Below are positions 44,599 to 57,920 of a stretch of DNA of 64,000 bases, one piece after another. The stretch's first letter is position 1. Each line of letters begins with the position of its first letter. The notes beneath the pieces are model-generated. The model saw only the letters and a program-made list of their open reading frames with translations. It did no database searches and was not told the origin of the DNA. Location: NCBI GenBank assembly GCA_052386275.1, contig JBQTKI010000027.1, positions 3,109 through 67,108 of the forward strand, given 5' to 3'. The position numbers were made by a program, and so were the translations under genes. Origin of the DNA: Gammaproteobacteria bacterium (GTDB lineage: Bacteria; Pseudomonadota; Gammaproteobacteria; Steroidobacterales; Steroidobacteraceae).

Positions 44599-47500
44599 AT
44601 GCGCGCCATGAACGACGTCGCGCCGACCCCGTTCCTGCGCGCCGATCCCCAGGGGTTCCAGTCCGCACCCGGCGCGGCGGTGAACGGTGCCTGGCTCGCC
44701 GACGAGGCCGGCCTCGTCGCAGAGCTCGCCGCGCAGGCCAGGCTGCCGCCGGCAGCGCGGGACGAAGTCCGCGACGACGCCATCGCGCTGGTGCGCGCGG
44801 CGCGCGCGCGCCGCGGCGCAGAGAGCGGCATCGAGGCCTTCCTGCAACAGTACGACCTCGCCTCGCAGGAGGGCGTGGTGCTCATGTGCCTGGCCGAGGC
44901 GTTGTTGCGGATCCCGGACGCGGACACGGCGGACGCCCTGATCGCCGACAAGATCTCGAGCGGCCAATGGTCGGACTACCTGGGCGAGGCCGAGTCGCTG
45001 TTCGTCAATGCCTCGACCTGGGGCCTGATGCTGACCGGTCGCCTGATGCGCCCGTCGGATAAGGAGATGCGCGATCCGGCGGATTTCCTGCTGCGCCTAG
45101 TGGCGCGCCTTGGCGAGCCGGTGGTGCGCGCGGCTTTCCGCCAGGCGATGCGCATCATGGGCCACCAGTTCGTGATGGGCCGCGACATCGGCGAGGCGCT
45201 CGCGCGTGCCGCCGAGGGCGACGCCGCGCGCTACCGCTACACCTACGACATGCTGGGCGAGTCCGCGCTCACCGAACGCGACGCCGCGCGCTACCTGGAG
45301 GCCTACGGCGCTGCGATCGCCGCGGTCGGCCAGTCGGTGCGAGCGGGGAGCCCTGCGGCAACGTGGCCCAGCATCTCGGTCAAGCTCTCGGCGCTGCATC
45401 CGCGCTACGAGTTCGCGCGGCGCCAGCAGGTGCTGCGCGAGCTGGGCGCGCGCCTGCGCGCGCTCGCTCTCGAGGCGCAGGCCGCCGGCATCGCGCTCAC
45501 GATCGACGCCGAGGAGACCGACCGCCTAGAGATTTCGCTGGAGCTGCTCGACGGGCTCCTGACCGACCCGGCGCTCGCGGGATGGGAGGGGCTCGGGCTC
45601 GCGGTGCAGGCCTACCAGAAGCGCGCGGCCGGCGTGCTGCGGTTCCTCGGAGCGCGCGCCGACGCGACCGGGCGCCTGCTCAGCGTGCGCCTGGTGAAGG
45701 GCGCCTACTGGGACAGCGAGATCAAGCGCGCGCAGGAGCGCGGGCTCGCCGACTACCCGGTGTTCACGCGCAAGCACCACACCGATGTGAGCTACCTGGC
45801 CTGTGCGCGCATCCTGCTCGAGGGCAGCCGGCGCCTGCTGCCGCAGTTCGCGACCCACAATGCGCACACCGCGGCCAGCATCGCGCACCTCGCGCGCGCG
45901 AACGGCCGCGAATTCGAGTTCCAGCGCCTGCACGGCATGGGCGAGGAACTGTACGCGGAGCTGACCGACCCCAACGACCGCAACCTGCCGTGCCGTGTCT
46001 ATGCGCCGGTCGGCTCGCACGAGGATCTGCTGCCCTACCTGGTGCGCCGGCTGCTCGAGAACGGCGCCAACACCTCCTTTGTCAACCGTATCGTGGACGA
46101 GTCGCTGCCGCCCGAGGAGGTCGTCTCCGACCCGGTGGCCGAGGTCGAGCGCGCCGGGCCCGGGCCGCATCCGCGCATTCCGCGGCCGCAGGCGATCTTC
46201 GGCGCGGCGCGCGCGAACTCCGCGGGCGTGAATCTCGCCGACCCGCGCGAGCAGGAAAGGCTCGCGGCGGCCTGCCGCGCTGCGCTTGCGCAGCCACTGA
46301 CCGCCGCGCCCATCGTCGGCGGGCGCGAGCGCGACGGCGCGAGGCATTCAGTTGCCTCGCCGTCGAATCTCGCGCGCACGGTGGGCGAGGCCGCCGAGGC
46401 CGATGCCGCGACGGCCGCCGAGGCGCTCTCGCTCGCCGCGGCGGCGCAGCCGGCCTGGGACCGCACCCCCGCCGCCCTGCGTACCGCGATCCTCAGCCGC
46501 GCGGCGGATGCGCTCGAGCGCGAACTGCCGCGTTTCGTCGCGATCTGCGTCGCCGAGGCCGGCAAGACCGTGCCCGATTCGATCGCCGAGGTGCGCGAGG
46601 CCGTCGATTTCCTGCGCTACTACGCGGCGGGCGCGAAGCGCGATTTCGGCTCCCCGGCGGTGCTGCCGGGGCCGACCGGCGAGTCCAACCGGCTCCAGCT
46701 GCACGGGCGCGGCGTATTCGCCTGCATCAGCCCCTGGAACTTCCCGCTCGCGATCTTCACCGGCCAGGTCGCGGCCGCGCTCGCTGCCGGCAACAGCGTG
46801 GTCGCGAAGCCGGCCGAGCAGGTCCCGCTGGTGGCCGCGGCCATGGTGCGGCTGCTGCAGGCGAGCGGCGTCCCCGGCGACGTGCTGCACCTCCTGCCCG
46901 GGCGCGGCTCCCGCATCGGGCCGGTGCTGACCGCCGACCCGCGCCTCGCCGGCGTCGCATTCACCGGCTCGACCGAAACCGCGCAGCTGATCAACCGCGC
47001 GCTCGCCGCGCGCGACGCGCCGCTCGCGGCCGTGATCGCCGAGACCGGCGGCCTGAACGCGATGATCGTGGACAGCTCGGCGCTGCCGGAGCAGGTGGTG
47101 CAGGACGCGGTGCTGTCCGCGTTCAACTCGGCCGGCCAGCGCTGCTCGGCACTGCGCGTGCTCTATGTGCAGGAGGAGATCGCGCCGCGCGTGTTGGAGC
47201 TGCTCGCGGGCGCAATGGACCTGCTCGCGATCGGCGACCCGGCGCTGCTTTCGACCGACGTGGGCCCGGTGATCGACGGGGCGGCGCGCGAGACGCTCGA
47301 GCGGCACGCCGCGGCGATCGTGCGCGAGGCGCGCTGGCACCACCGCGTGCGGCTGCCGGCCGGGCTCGCGCGCGGCCACTGGTTCGCGCCGCTCGCGGTC
47401 GAGATCGAGGGCATGGCGCGCCTCGAGCGCGAGGTGTTCGGCCCGGTGCTGCACGTGGTGCGCTTCGCGGCGAACCGGCTGGACGCGATCGTGGACGAGA

Positions 47501-47784
47501 TCAACGCCAGCGGCTATGGCCTCACCCTCGGCGTGCACACGCGCATCGACGGCGTGGCCCGGGGCATCGCCAGCCGCGCGCGGGTCGGCAACGTCTACGT
47601 CAATCGCAACATGATCGGCGCGGTGGTCGGCGTGCAGCCGTTCGGGGGCTGCGGCCTGTCGGGCACCGGCCCCAAGGCCGGCGGGCCGCATTACCTCGCG
47701 CGCTTCGCGACCGAGCAGACCGTGACCATCAATACCGCGGCGGTCGGCGGCAACGCCACGTTGCTCTCGCTTGGCGAGGACTGA
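44599..47784 (+). CDS. putA: bifunctional proline dehydrogenase / L-glutamate-gamma-semialdehyde dehydrogenase PutA (no N-terminal DNA-binding domain)
   Basis: 1061 aa. IEAFLQQYDLASQEGVVLMCLAEALLRIPD...YTYDMLGESA...VRLVKGAYWD (PRODH barrel). FTGSTETA...ETGGLNAMIVD...AGQRCSA (ALDH). Alternative start ATG at 44608. Confidence 0.92.
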   Translation: MRAMNDVAPTPFLRADPQGFQSAPGAAVNGAWLADEAGLVAELAAQARLPPAARDEVRDDAIALVRAARARRGAESGIEAFLQQYDLASQEGVVLMCLAEALLRIPDADTADALIADKISSGQWSDYLGEAESLFVNASTWGLMLTGRLMRPSDKEMRDPADFLLRLVARLGEPVVRAAFRQAMRIMGHQFVMGRDIGEALARAAEGDAARYRYTYDMLGESALTERDAARYLEAYGAAIAAVGQSVRAGSPAATWPSISVKLSALHPRYEFARRQQVLRELGARLRALALEAQAAGIALTIDAEETDRLEISLELLDGLLTDPALAGWEGLGLAVQAYQKRAAGVLRFLGARADATGRLLSVRLVKGAYWDSEIKRAQERGLADYPVFTRKHHTDVSYLACARILLEGSRRLLPQFATHNAHTAASIAHLARANGREFEFQRLHGMGEELYAELTDPNDRNLPCRVYAPVGSHEDLLPYLVRRLLENGANTSFVNRIVDESLPPEEVVSDPVAEVERAGPGPHPRIPRPQAIFGAARANSAGVNLADPREQERLAAACRAALAQPLTAAPIVGGRERDGARHSVASPSNLARTVGEAAEADAATAAEALSLAAAAQPAWDRTPAALRTAILSRAADALERELPRFVAICVAEAGKTVPDSIAEVREAVDFLRYYAAGAKRDFGSPAVLPGPTGESNRLQLHGRGVFACISPWNFPLAIFTGQVAAALAAGNSVVAKPAEQVPLVAAAMVRLLQASGVPGDVLHLLPGRGSRIGPVLTADPRLAGVAFTGSTETAQLINRALAARDAPLAAVIAETGGLNAMIVDSSALPEQVVQDAVLSAFNSAGQRCSALRVLYVQEEIAPRVLELLAGAMDLLAIGDPALLSTDVGPVIDGAARETLERHAAAIVREARWHHRVRLPAGLARGHWFAPLAVEIEGMARLEREVFGPVLHVVRFAANRLDAIVDEINASGYGLTLGVHTRIDGVARGIASRARVGNVYVNRNMIGAVVGVQPFGGCGLSGTGPKAGGPHYLARFATEQTVTINTAAVGGNATLLSLGED

Positions 47785-47793
47785 CCGCACCGG

Positions 47794-48351
47794 CTAGATC
47801 ATTCCGGTCTGGAGGCGCGCCGCCTCCGACATCATCGACTGGTTCCAGGGCGGGTCGAACACGAGCTCGACGTCAGCCTTCTGCACCGTCGGAATCATCA
47901 AGAGCTTATCGCGCACGTCGGCGACCAGCACTTCCCCCATGCCGCAACCGGGCGCGGTCAGCGTCATGCGCACGGCGACGTCGCGCGCGCCGTCCTCCGC
48001 CTGTGTCACGGCGCAGTCGTAGACCAGGCCGAGGTCCACGATGTTGATCGGGATCTCCGGGTCGTAGCAGGTGCGCAGCTGGTCCCACACCAGGCGCGTG
48101 ACGTCGGCCTCGGTCGCGCCGTCGGGCAACCGCGGCCGCGGCAGCGGCTCCTTGCCGATGGCGTCGCCGTCCTCGCCCGCGATGCGGAACAGGTTGCCCT
48201 CGACGTAGACGGTGAAACTGCCGCCGAGCGCCTGGGTGATGTAGCCGACGCTGCCGGTGCGCAGCTTCACCTCGACGCCCGCGGGCACGATCATCGCGCG
48301 CACGTCGCGCTGCACCACGAAGGGCTCGTGCATCGCCTGGCGCATCGTCAC
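47794..48351 (-). CDS. sufT: Fe-S cluster assembly protein SufT (DUF59/MIP18 C-terminal domain)
   Basis: 185 aa. C-terminal ...VWDQLRTCYDPEIPINIVDLGLVYD...MTLTAPGCGMG. Last gene of the suf operon. Confidence 0.8.
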   Translation of the reverse strand: MTMRQAMHEPFVVQRDVRAMIVPAGVEVKLRTGSVGYITQALGGSFTVYVEGNLFRIAGEDGDAIGKEPLPRPRLPDGATEADVTRLVWDQLRTCYDPEIPINIVDLGLVYDCAVTQAEDGARDVAVRMTLTAPGCGMGEVLVADVRDKLLMIPTVQKADVELVFDPPWNQSMMSEAARLQTGMI

Positions 48352-48791
48352 TCCGTGGTCACGGGCAGGTCACTGCCCGTGAGCGCGGCCTTCAGCGTGT
48401 GCCAGGGGAGGCTCGCGCACTTCACCCTGGCCGGGAATTCGCGCACGCCGGACAGCGCGGCGAGCTTGCCGAGCGCGGCGTCGGGCGGCGCGTCCGCGCG
48501 GGTCAGCATCCGGTGCACGGCCTCGAACAGCGCCTGCGCTTCCGCGCGGGTCCTGCCCTTGACCGCCTCGCCCATCAACGAGGCGGAGGCGGTCGAGATC
48601 GCGCAGCCCGCGTTCTCGAAGCGCAGCTCGCGGATCACGCCGTCCTGCACCTCGAGGTCGAGGCGCAACCGGTCGCCGCACAGCGGATTGTTGCCTTCCG
48701 CGCGGTGCGTCGCGTGATCGAGCCGCCCGCAGTTGCGCGGCCGGCGGTTGTGGTCGACGATCACGTCGCGGTACAGCTGGCCGACGTCCAT
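48348..48791 (-). CDS. sufU: SUF-system NifU/IscU-like sulfur-transfer/scaffold protein SufU
   Basis: LYRDVIVDHNRRPRN...GNNPLCGDRLRLDL...FENAGCAISTASASLM...FPARVKCASLPW (three conserved Cys). Confidence 0.85.
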   Translation of the reverse strand: MDVGQLYRDVIVDHNRRPRNCGRLDHATHRAEGNNPLCGDRLRLDLEVQDGVIRELRFENAGCAISTASASLMGEAVKGRTRAEAQALFEAVHRMLTRADAPPDAALGKLAALSGVREFPARVKCASLPWHTLKAALTGSDLPVTTE

Positions 48792-50035
48792 CAGCCGAGC
48801 ACCCGGATCGCCTCGCGCACGCCCTCGGCCAGCGCGTCGACTTCTTCGCGCGTGTTGTAGAGGCCGAAGGAGGCGCGCGCGGTCGCCGGCAGGCCGAAGA
48901 ACTCCATGACCGGCATTGCGCAGTGGTGGCCGGTGCGCACCGCGACGCCCTGCGCATCAAGCACCGTGCCGAGGTCGTGCGGGTGCAGGCCGTCGACCGT
49001 GAACGAGACCAGGCTCGTCTTCTCGGGCGCGGTGCCGATCAGGGTCACGCGCGGGATCGAGGCAAGCGCCGCCGTCGCGCGCGCGAGCAGCTCGTCCTCG
49101 TGCGCGGCGATGCGCGCGCGGCCGAGGCACTCGAGGTAGTCGATCGCCGCGGCGAGCCCGACTGCGCCGCCGACATTCGGCGTGCCGGCCTCGAAGCGGT
49201 GGGGCAGGTGGTTCCAGGTCGAACCGGCGAACGAGACCGTCAGGATCATGTCGCCGCCGCCCTGCCAGGGCGGCATCGCCGCGAGCACGGCCTCGCGCGC
49301 GTACAGCGCGCCGATGCCGGTGGGCGCATACATCTTGTGGCCGGAGAAGGCATAGAAGTCGCAGCCGAGCGCCTGCACGTCCACCGGCAGGTGCGGCGCC
49401 GCTTGGGCCCCGTCCACCAGCGTCGCGATGCCGCGAGCGCGCGCCTCGGCGAGCATGCGCGGCAGCGGCAGCACCGTGCCGAGCGCGTTCGACACGTGCG
49501 CGAGCGCGACAAGTTTGGTGCGCGGGCCCAGCAACGCTCGCCAGGCGTCGAATTCCACGGCCCCGCGCCGGTCGATCGGCGCGGCGCGCAGCACGGCGCC
49601 GGTCTGGCCGGCGACCAGCTGCCAGGGGACGATGTTGGAGTGGTGCTCGAGCCAGGTCACCAGGATCTCGTCGCCGGGCTCGAGCCGGGGCCGCGCATAC
49701 GCCTGCGCGACCAGGTTGATGGCTTCGGTGGTGCCGCGCACGAACAGGATCTCGGAGGCGGAGGCGGCGTTCACGAAACGCCGCGCGCGCTCGCGCGCGC
49801 CCTCGTACCGCGCGGTCGCCTCCTGCGACAGCGTGTGCACGCCGCGGTGCACGTTGGCGTGGTGCGCGCGCGCGTAGCCGGCGACCGCCTCGATCACGGT
49901 GGCTGGCTGTTGGGCAGAGGCCGCGTTGTCGAGGTAGGCGAGCGGGCGGCCGTTGACGCGGCGCGCGAGCACCGGGAAGTCGGCGCGGATGCGGGCGACG
50001 TCGTAGGCGGGCGCGCGGTCGGGGACGGCGGCCAT
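48791..50035 (-). CDS. sufS: cysteine desulfurase SufS (group II)
   Basis: YLDNAASAQQP...HANVHRGVHTLS...FSGHKMYAPTGIGALY (PLP-Lys)...RTGHHCAMP (catalytic Cys loop). Confidence 0.93.
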   Translation of the reverse strand: MAAVPDRAPAYDVARIRADFPVLARRVNGRPLAYLDNAASAQQPATVIEAVAGYARAHHANVHRGVHTLSQEATARYEGARERARRFVNAASASEILFVRGTTEAINLVAQAYARPRLEPGDEILVTWLEHHSNIVPWQLVAGQTGAVLRAAPIDRRGAVEFDAWRALLGPRTKLVALAHVSNALGTVLPLPRMLAEARARGIATLVDGAQAAPHLPVDVQALGCDFYAFSGHKMYAPTGIGALYAREAVLAAMPPWQGGGDMILTVSFAGSTWNHLPHRFEAGTPNVGGAVGLAAAIDYLECLGRARIAAHEDELLARATAALASIPRVTLIGTAPEKTSLVSFTVDGLHPHDLGTVLDAQGVAVRTGHHCAMPVMEFFGLPATARASFGLYNTREEVDALAEGVREAIRVLG

Positions 50036-51350
50036 CAGGCGGGCCCCGCGAGCAACGCAAGGTCCGGGAGGGCGCCGGCAAAGCGCGCCGCGATGGCGGC
50101 GGAAAGCGCCGGCAGCGGCAGCCGGCCGATCAGGTCGGCGCAGAAGGCGAAGGTCAGTAGCGCCCGCGCCGACGCCTCTTCGAGCCCGCGCGAGCGCAGA
50201 TAGAAGAGCTGCTGCTCGTCGAGCGAGCCCACGGTCGCGCCGTGGCGGCAGCGCACGTCGTCAGTGTGGATCTCGAGCTGCGGGCGCGCGTTGATTTCCG
50301 CCTGCGGCGACAGCAGCAGGTTACGGCTCTGCTGCGCCGCATCCGCCCCGCGCGCAGCCGGTTGCACGACGATACGCCCGTTGAAGGCGCCGCGGCCGCG
50401 ACCCGCTGCAATGCCGCGGTACTCCTGCTCGGTGCGCGTGGCGGCGGCCGCGTGCTCCACGCGCGTCAGCAGGTCCACCTGCCGACCGGAATCCACGTGG
50501 AACAGGCCGAACAGGCGGCAACCCGCCGCCTCGCCTTCGAGGGAGAGGCGCAGATTCGAGCGCAGGAGCGCGCCGCCGAGTGCCAGCAGATGCTGCTCGT
50601 AATGACTGCCGCTCTGCTGCCGCGTCACCCAGGTCTCGACCTGGGCGGCCGCAGCGCCCTGGTCGTGCAGCCGCAGGTGCGTGAGCGCGGCATCGCGCCC
50701 GAGCGCGACCTCGGCCGCCAGATTGCCGAGCACGAAGGCATCACCCGCGGTCATGAAGCGCTCGACCAGCAGCAGCCTGGCGCCGGCGCCGAGTTCGATG
50801 ACGAGTCGCGCGTGGTGCACGGCGGGCGCGTCGGCGCGCGCGAGATGCGTGAGGCAGAGTGGCAGGGCGGGCGCCGCGCCCGGGGCCACGCGGATCACCG
50901 CGCCGCCGCCCGCGAAAGCATCGGCGAGCAGCGCATAACGATCGTCGGCGTCGTCTCCCGGCTCGCGCAGCAGCGCAAATGCCGCATCCGGATCGCGGGC
51001 CAGGAGAGTCGCGAGGTCCTCGAGCTGCACGCCTTGCTCCGGCGCGTCGCAGAGCGCGGGATCGAGCCGGCCGTCGACCAGCGTGACCCGGCGCGCGGCC
51101 GGGACCGGCAGCGGCGGAAACGCGACGGCGTCCGGCGCCGCCCCGGCGGTCGCGATCGTCTCGAACGGGCAGGCCGCGAGACGCAGGTGGTCGAGATACT
51201 TCCAGTTCTCGTCGCGCCGCTCCGGCAGGCCGCACGCGAGCAGCCGCTCGAGCGCACCGGCGCGGCGCCTCGTCCAGGTCGCGCCGCCGGCGAGCCTCGG
51301 CGCCACGCTCGCGTGCGCCGCCGCGATGCGCTCCAGGGGCGTGGCCGCGT

Positions 51351-51354
<4 letters not shown>
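50035..51354 (-). CDS. sufD: Fe-S cluster assembly protein SufD
   Basis: 439 aa. C-terminal ...NLLLSPQAEINARPQLEIHTDDVRCRHGATVGSLDEQQLFYLRSRGL, typical of SufB/D beta-helix proteins. Confidence 0.9.
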
Positions 51355-54639
<3,285 letters not shown>

Positions 54640-54643
<4 letters not shown>

Positions 54644-55116
54644 GAGGCGGGCCGGCTGCGCACCAGCACTCGCCAGCGCGCGCCCGTCGGCTGGTGCAGA
54701 TCGGGCGGGGTGAAGGCAGCGTCGCGGCGCAAGAGCTCGTCGAGCTTCACGTCGGTGAGGGCGCTTCTGATCGCGAGGCTGACGCGCTGCCAGCCATGGC
54801 CGACCAGACAGGTGGCCTCGATGCCGCAATTGCCGGCGCCACTCGCGCATTCGGTGAGCGCAACCGGACCTTCGACCGCGTCGATGATGTCCGCGGCGTT
54901 GATCTCGGCGGTCGGCCGCGCGAGCTGGTAACCGCCGTGCGCGCCGCGTACCGAGCGCACGAGCCCGGCGTGCTGCAGCTGCTTCAGGAGCTTGCTCACA
55001 GTCGGCAGGCCGACGCGGGTGCGCAGGGCAATGTCCGCGGCGCTCGCGAGGCCGCCGCCCCCGAGGCTCGCGAGGATCACGGTCGCGTAGTCGGTGAGGC
55101 GGCTGATGCGCAGCAT
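54640..55116 (-). CDS. Rrf2-family (IscR-like) SUF-system Fe-S cluster assembly regulator
   Basis: MLRISRLTDYATVILASL...LPTVSKLLKQLQHAGLVRSVRGAHGGYQLAR (wHTH). Cluster-ligand spacing CASGAGNCGIEATC. Confidence 0.88.
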
Positions 55117-55143
55117 GGCGTTCTCCCGGTCCCCGGAGTAAAC

Positions 55144-55160
55144 AGTACGATTTTAGTACT
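55144..55160. promoter_or_regulatory. candidate Rrf2 operator: palindrome AGTAC-N7-GTACT in an AT-rich patch of the suf promoter region
   Basis: agtacgattttagtact read directly from the sequence. Overlaps a minus-strand TAAAAT (-10-like, 55155..55150), about 30 nt upstream of the regulator ATG. Confidence 0.4.
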
Positions 55161-55260
55161 ATTATTCCTGGCGGGGTAGGGGGCGTCAGGTCTCTGCTAT
55201 CCTTCGCGCCCGGCGCGGCCCCCCGGCCGTCCCGCAGCTCTTTCGGAGGCAAGGCTTGCG

Positions 55261-56283
55261 ATGAACATGCAGGAACTCGACCAGAACGCGGCTGCCATGG
55301 TGGCGCCCGGCAAGGGCATCCTCGCGGCAGACGAATCGACCGGCACGATCAAGAAGCGCTTCGACAAGATCAAGCTCGAATCGACCTTCGAATCGCGCCG
55401 CGCTTACCGCGAGCTCCTGTTCACGGCGCCGGGCGCCGAGAAGCACATCTCGGGGGTGATCCTCTACGACGAGACCCTGCGCCAGAAGGCAGCCGACGGC
55501 ACCGCGTTCCCGGCGCTGCTTGCCACGCGCGGCATCCTGCCCGGCATCAAAGTTGACGCCGGCGCGAAGCCCATGGCCGGCTTCCCGGGCGAGACCGTGA
55601 CCGAGGGGCTCGACGGCCTGCGCGAGCGCCTCGCCGAATACCGCGGGCTGGGCGCGCGCTTCGCCAAGTGGCGAGCCGTCATCGACGTGGGCACGGGCAT
55701 TCCAACCTGGGCCTGCCTCGAGGCCAATGCGCATGCGCTCGCGCGCTATGCCGCGCTTTGCCAGGAAGCGTCGATCGTGCCGATCGTCGAGCCCGAAGTA
55801 CTGATGGATGGCGACCACACGATCGAACGCTGCGAGGAAGTCACCGATGTGGCGCTCGATGTCGTGTTCGGCGCCCTGTTCCGGCAGCGTGTGCGCCTCG
55901 AGGGCATGGTGCTGAAGCCGAACATGGTGATCGCCGGCAAGCAGTGCCCGGCGCAGGCGAAGCCGGTACAGGTCGCGGAGGCGACGGTGCGCTGCCTGCA
56001 GCGGCGCGTGCCGGGGGCGGTGCCCGGCATCGCCTTCCTGTCGGGCGGGCAGGGCGAGGCAGAAGCGACGTTGCACTTGTCGTTGATGAACCGGCTCGGG
56101 CCGTTGCCGTGGCAGCTGTCGTTCAGCTACGGGCGCGCGCTGCAGCAGAGCGCGCTCGACGCCTGGCGCGGCGAGAGCGGCAACGTCGCCGCGGGCCAGC
56201 GCGCCTTCCTGCGGCGTGCGCGACTCAACGGGCTCGCCCGCGACGGCAGCTACGAGGCCGCGATGGAGCAGGCCGCGGCCTGA
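55261..56283 (+). CDS. fba: class I fructose-bisphosphate aldolase
   Basis: GKGILAADESTGTIKKRF...LFTAPG...ISGVILYDETL...PGIKVDAG...EGMVLKPNMV (Schiff-base Lys)...FLSGGQ. Confidence 0.9.
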   Translation: MNMQELDQNAAAMVAPGKGILAADESTGTIKKRFDKIKLESTFESRRAYRELLFTAPGAEKHISGVILYDETLRQKAADGTAFPALLATRGILPGIKVDAGAKPMAGFPGETVTEGLDGLRERLAEYRGLGARFAKWRAVIDVGTGIPTWACLEANAHALARYAALCQEASIVPIVEPEVLMDGDHTIERCEEVTDVALDVVFGALFRQRVRLEGMVLKPNMVIAGKQCPAQAKPVQVAEATVRCLQRRVPGAVPGIAFLSGGQGEAEATLHLSLMNRLGPLPWQLSFSYGRALQQSALDAWRGESGNVAAGQRAFLRRARLNGLARDGSYEAAMEQAAA

Positions 56284-56302
56284 AGCTGCGGCCCGCGCAG
56301 GC

Positions 56303-57139
56303 ATGACCCCCGCCGTGCGCCAGGAGTCCACCGGCGCGGACGCGCCCATCGTGCGCGTTCGCGGGCTTCGCCACGCTCTGAACGCGCGGCCGGTCTTCGA
56401 CGGCCTCGACCTCGACATCCGCAAGGGCTCGGTGACCGCGATCATGGGCCCGAGCGGTACCGGCAAGACCACGCTGCTCAGGCTCCTGACCGGGCAGCTG
56501 CGCCCCGACGTCGGGCAGGTCGAGGCCTTCGGGCAGGACGTCCCGGCCCTCGATCGGGCGGGACTCTATCGGCTGCGGCGGCGCATGGGCATGCTGTTCC
56601 AGAACGGCGCGCTGCTGACCGACCTCGACGTCTATGAGAATGTCGCCTTTCCGCTGCGCGAGCACACGCGGCTGCCGGAGCGTCTGCTGCGCCACGTGGT
56701 GCTGACCAAGCTGCAGGCCGTGGGTCTGCGCGGCGCGTGGCGGCTGATGCCGGCCGAACTCTCGGGCGGCATGGCGCGCCGGGTTGCGCTCGCGCGCGCG
56801 ATCGTGATGGACCCGGAACTGCTGATCTACGACGAGCCCTTCGTCGGGCTCGACCCGATCTCGATGGGCATGGTGTTGCGCCTGATCCGCCGGCTCAACG
56901 ACGCGCTCGGGCTCACGAGCATCGTGGTCTCGCACGACGTGCGCGAGATCACCCTGGTGGCGGACGCCTGCTACCTGCTCTCGGGCGGGGGCGTGGTCGC
57001 CGCGGGCAGCCCCGCGGAACTCGCCGGCAGCGCGCGCGAGGAGGTGCGCCAATTCATGCACGGCCTGCCGGACGGTCCGGTCCCGTTCCACTACCCGGCA
57101 CCCAATTACCTGGCCCAGCTCGCGGAGCCGGGCGGATGA
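56303..57139 (+). CDS. mlaF: phospholipid ABC transporter ATP-binding protein MlaF
   Basis: Internal ATG at 56303 of track ORF 56216..57139. IMGPSGTGKTTLLRL...LSGGMARRVALARAI...LIYDEPFVGLDP. Confidence 0.9.
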   Translation: MTPAVRQESTGADAPIVRVRGLRHALNARPVFDGLDLDIRKGSVTAIMGPSGTGKTTLLRLLTGQLRPDVGQVEAFGQDVPALDRAGLYRLRRRMGMLFQNGALLTDLDVYENVAFPLREHTRLPERLLRHVVLTKLQAVGLRGAWRLMPAELSGGMARRVALARAIVMDPELLIYDEPFVGLDPISMGMVLRLIRRLNDALGLTSIVVSHDVREITLVADACYLLSGGGVVAAGSPAELAGSAREEVRQFMHGLPDGPVPFHYPAPNYLAQLAEPGG

Positions 57140-57909
57140 TCGCGTCGTTGCCCCGCGAGCTCTTCACGAGCCTCTGCGAAGCGCTCGCGGCGCTCGGGGC
57201 CTATGCGCTGTTCTTCCTGCGCCTGCTCGCGGCGACGCCGCGCGGGCTGCTGCGCTTCGGGCTCGTCGTGCAGCAGGTGCACAACGCCGGGGCGCTGTCG
57301 CTCGTCATCATCATGCTGTCGGGACTGTTCGTCGGCATGGTGCTCGGGCTGCAGGGCTTCGACCTGCTCGAGCGCTTCGGTTCGGAGGAGTCGCTCGGCA
57401 CCGCCGTCGCGCTCGGCCTGCTGAAGGAACTCGGCCCGGTCGTCACCGCGCTGCTGTTCGCCGGGCGCGCCGGGACCGCGCTCGCCTCCGAGCTCGGTCT
57501 GATGCGCGCGACCGACCAGCTGGCGGCGATGGAGATGATGGCGGTGGATCCGGTGCGGCGTGTGGTGCTGCCGCGGTTCCTGGGCAGCGCGATCTCGATG
57601 CCGCTCCTGGCCGCGGTCTTCAGTCTGATCGGCCTGTTCGGCGCGCAGCTCATCGGCGTGCAGCTGATGGGCGTCGACGCCGGGCAGTTCTGGTCGCAGA
57701 TGCAGGCGACCGTCGAGACCGGCGACGTCATGGAAGGCGTGATCAAGAGCGCCGTGTTCGGCGTCGCCTGCGGCCTGGTCGCCGTCTACGAGGGATATCA
57801 TTCCGTGCCGACCGCGGAAGGCGTGGGCCGCGCGACCACCCGCACTGTCGTCATCTCATCGGTGCTCGTGCTGCTGCTCGACTACATGCTCACCGCGGTC
57901 ATGATGTAA
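57136..57909 (+). CDS. mlaE: phospholipid ABC transporter permease MlaE
   Basis: Internal ATG at 57136 (ATGA overlap with mlaF). LKELGPVVTALLFAGRAGTALASELGLMRATDQLAAMEMMAVDP, characteristic of MlaE. Confidence 0.9.
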   Translation: MIASLPRELFTSLCEALAALGAYALFFLRLLAATPRGLLRFGLVVQQVHNAGALSLVIIMLSGLFVGMVLGLQGFDLLERFGSEESLGTAVALGLLKELGPVVTALLFAGRAGTALASELGLMRATDQLAAMEMMAVDPVRRVVLPRFLGSAISMPLLAAVFSLIGLFGAQLIGVQLMGVDAGQFWSQMQATVETGDVMEGVIKSAVFGVACGLVAVYEGYHSVPTAEGVGRATTRTVVISSVLVLLLDYMLTAVMM

Positions 57910-57920
57910 GGAGTCTCGCC

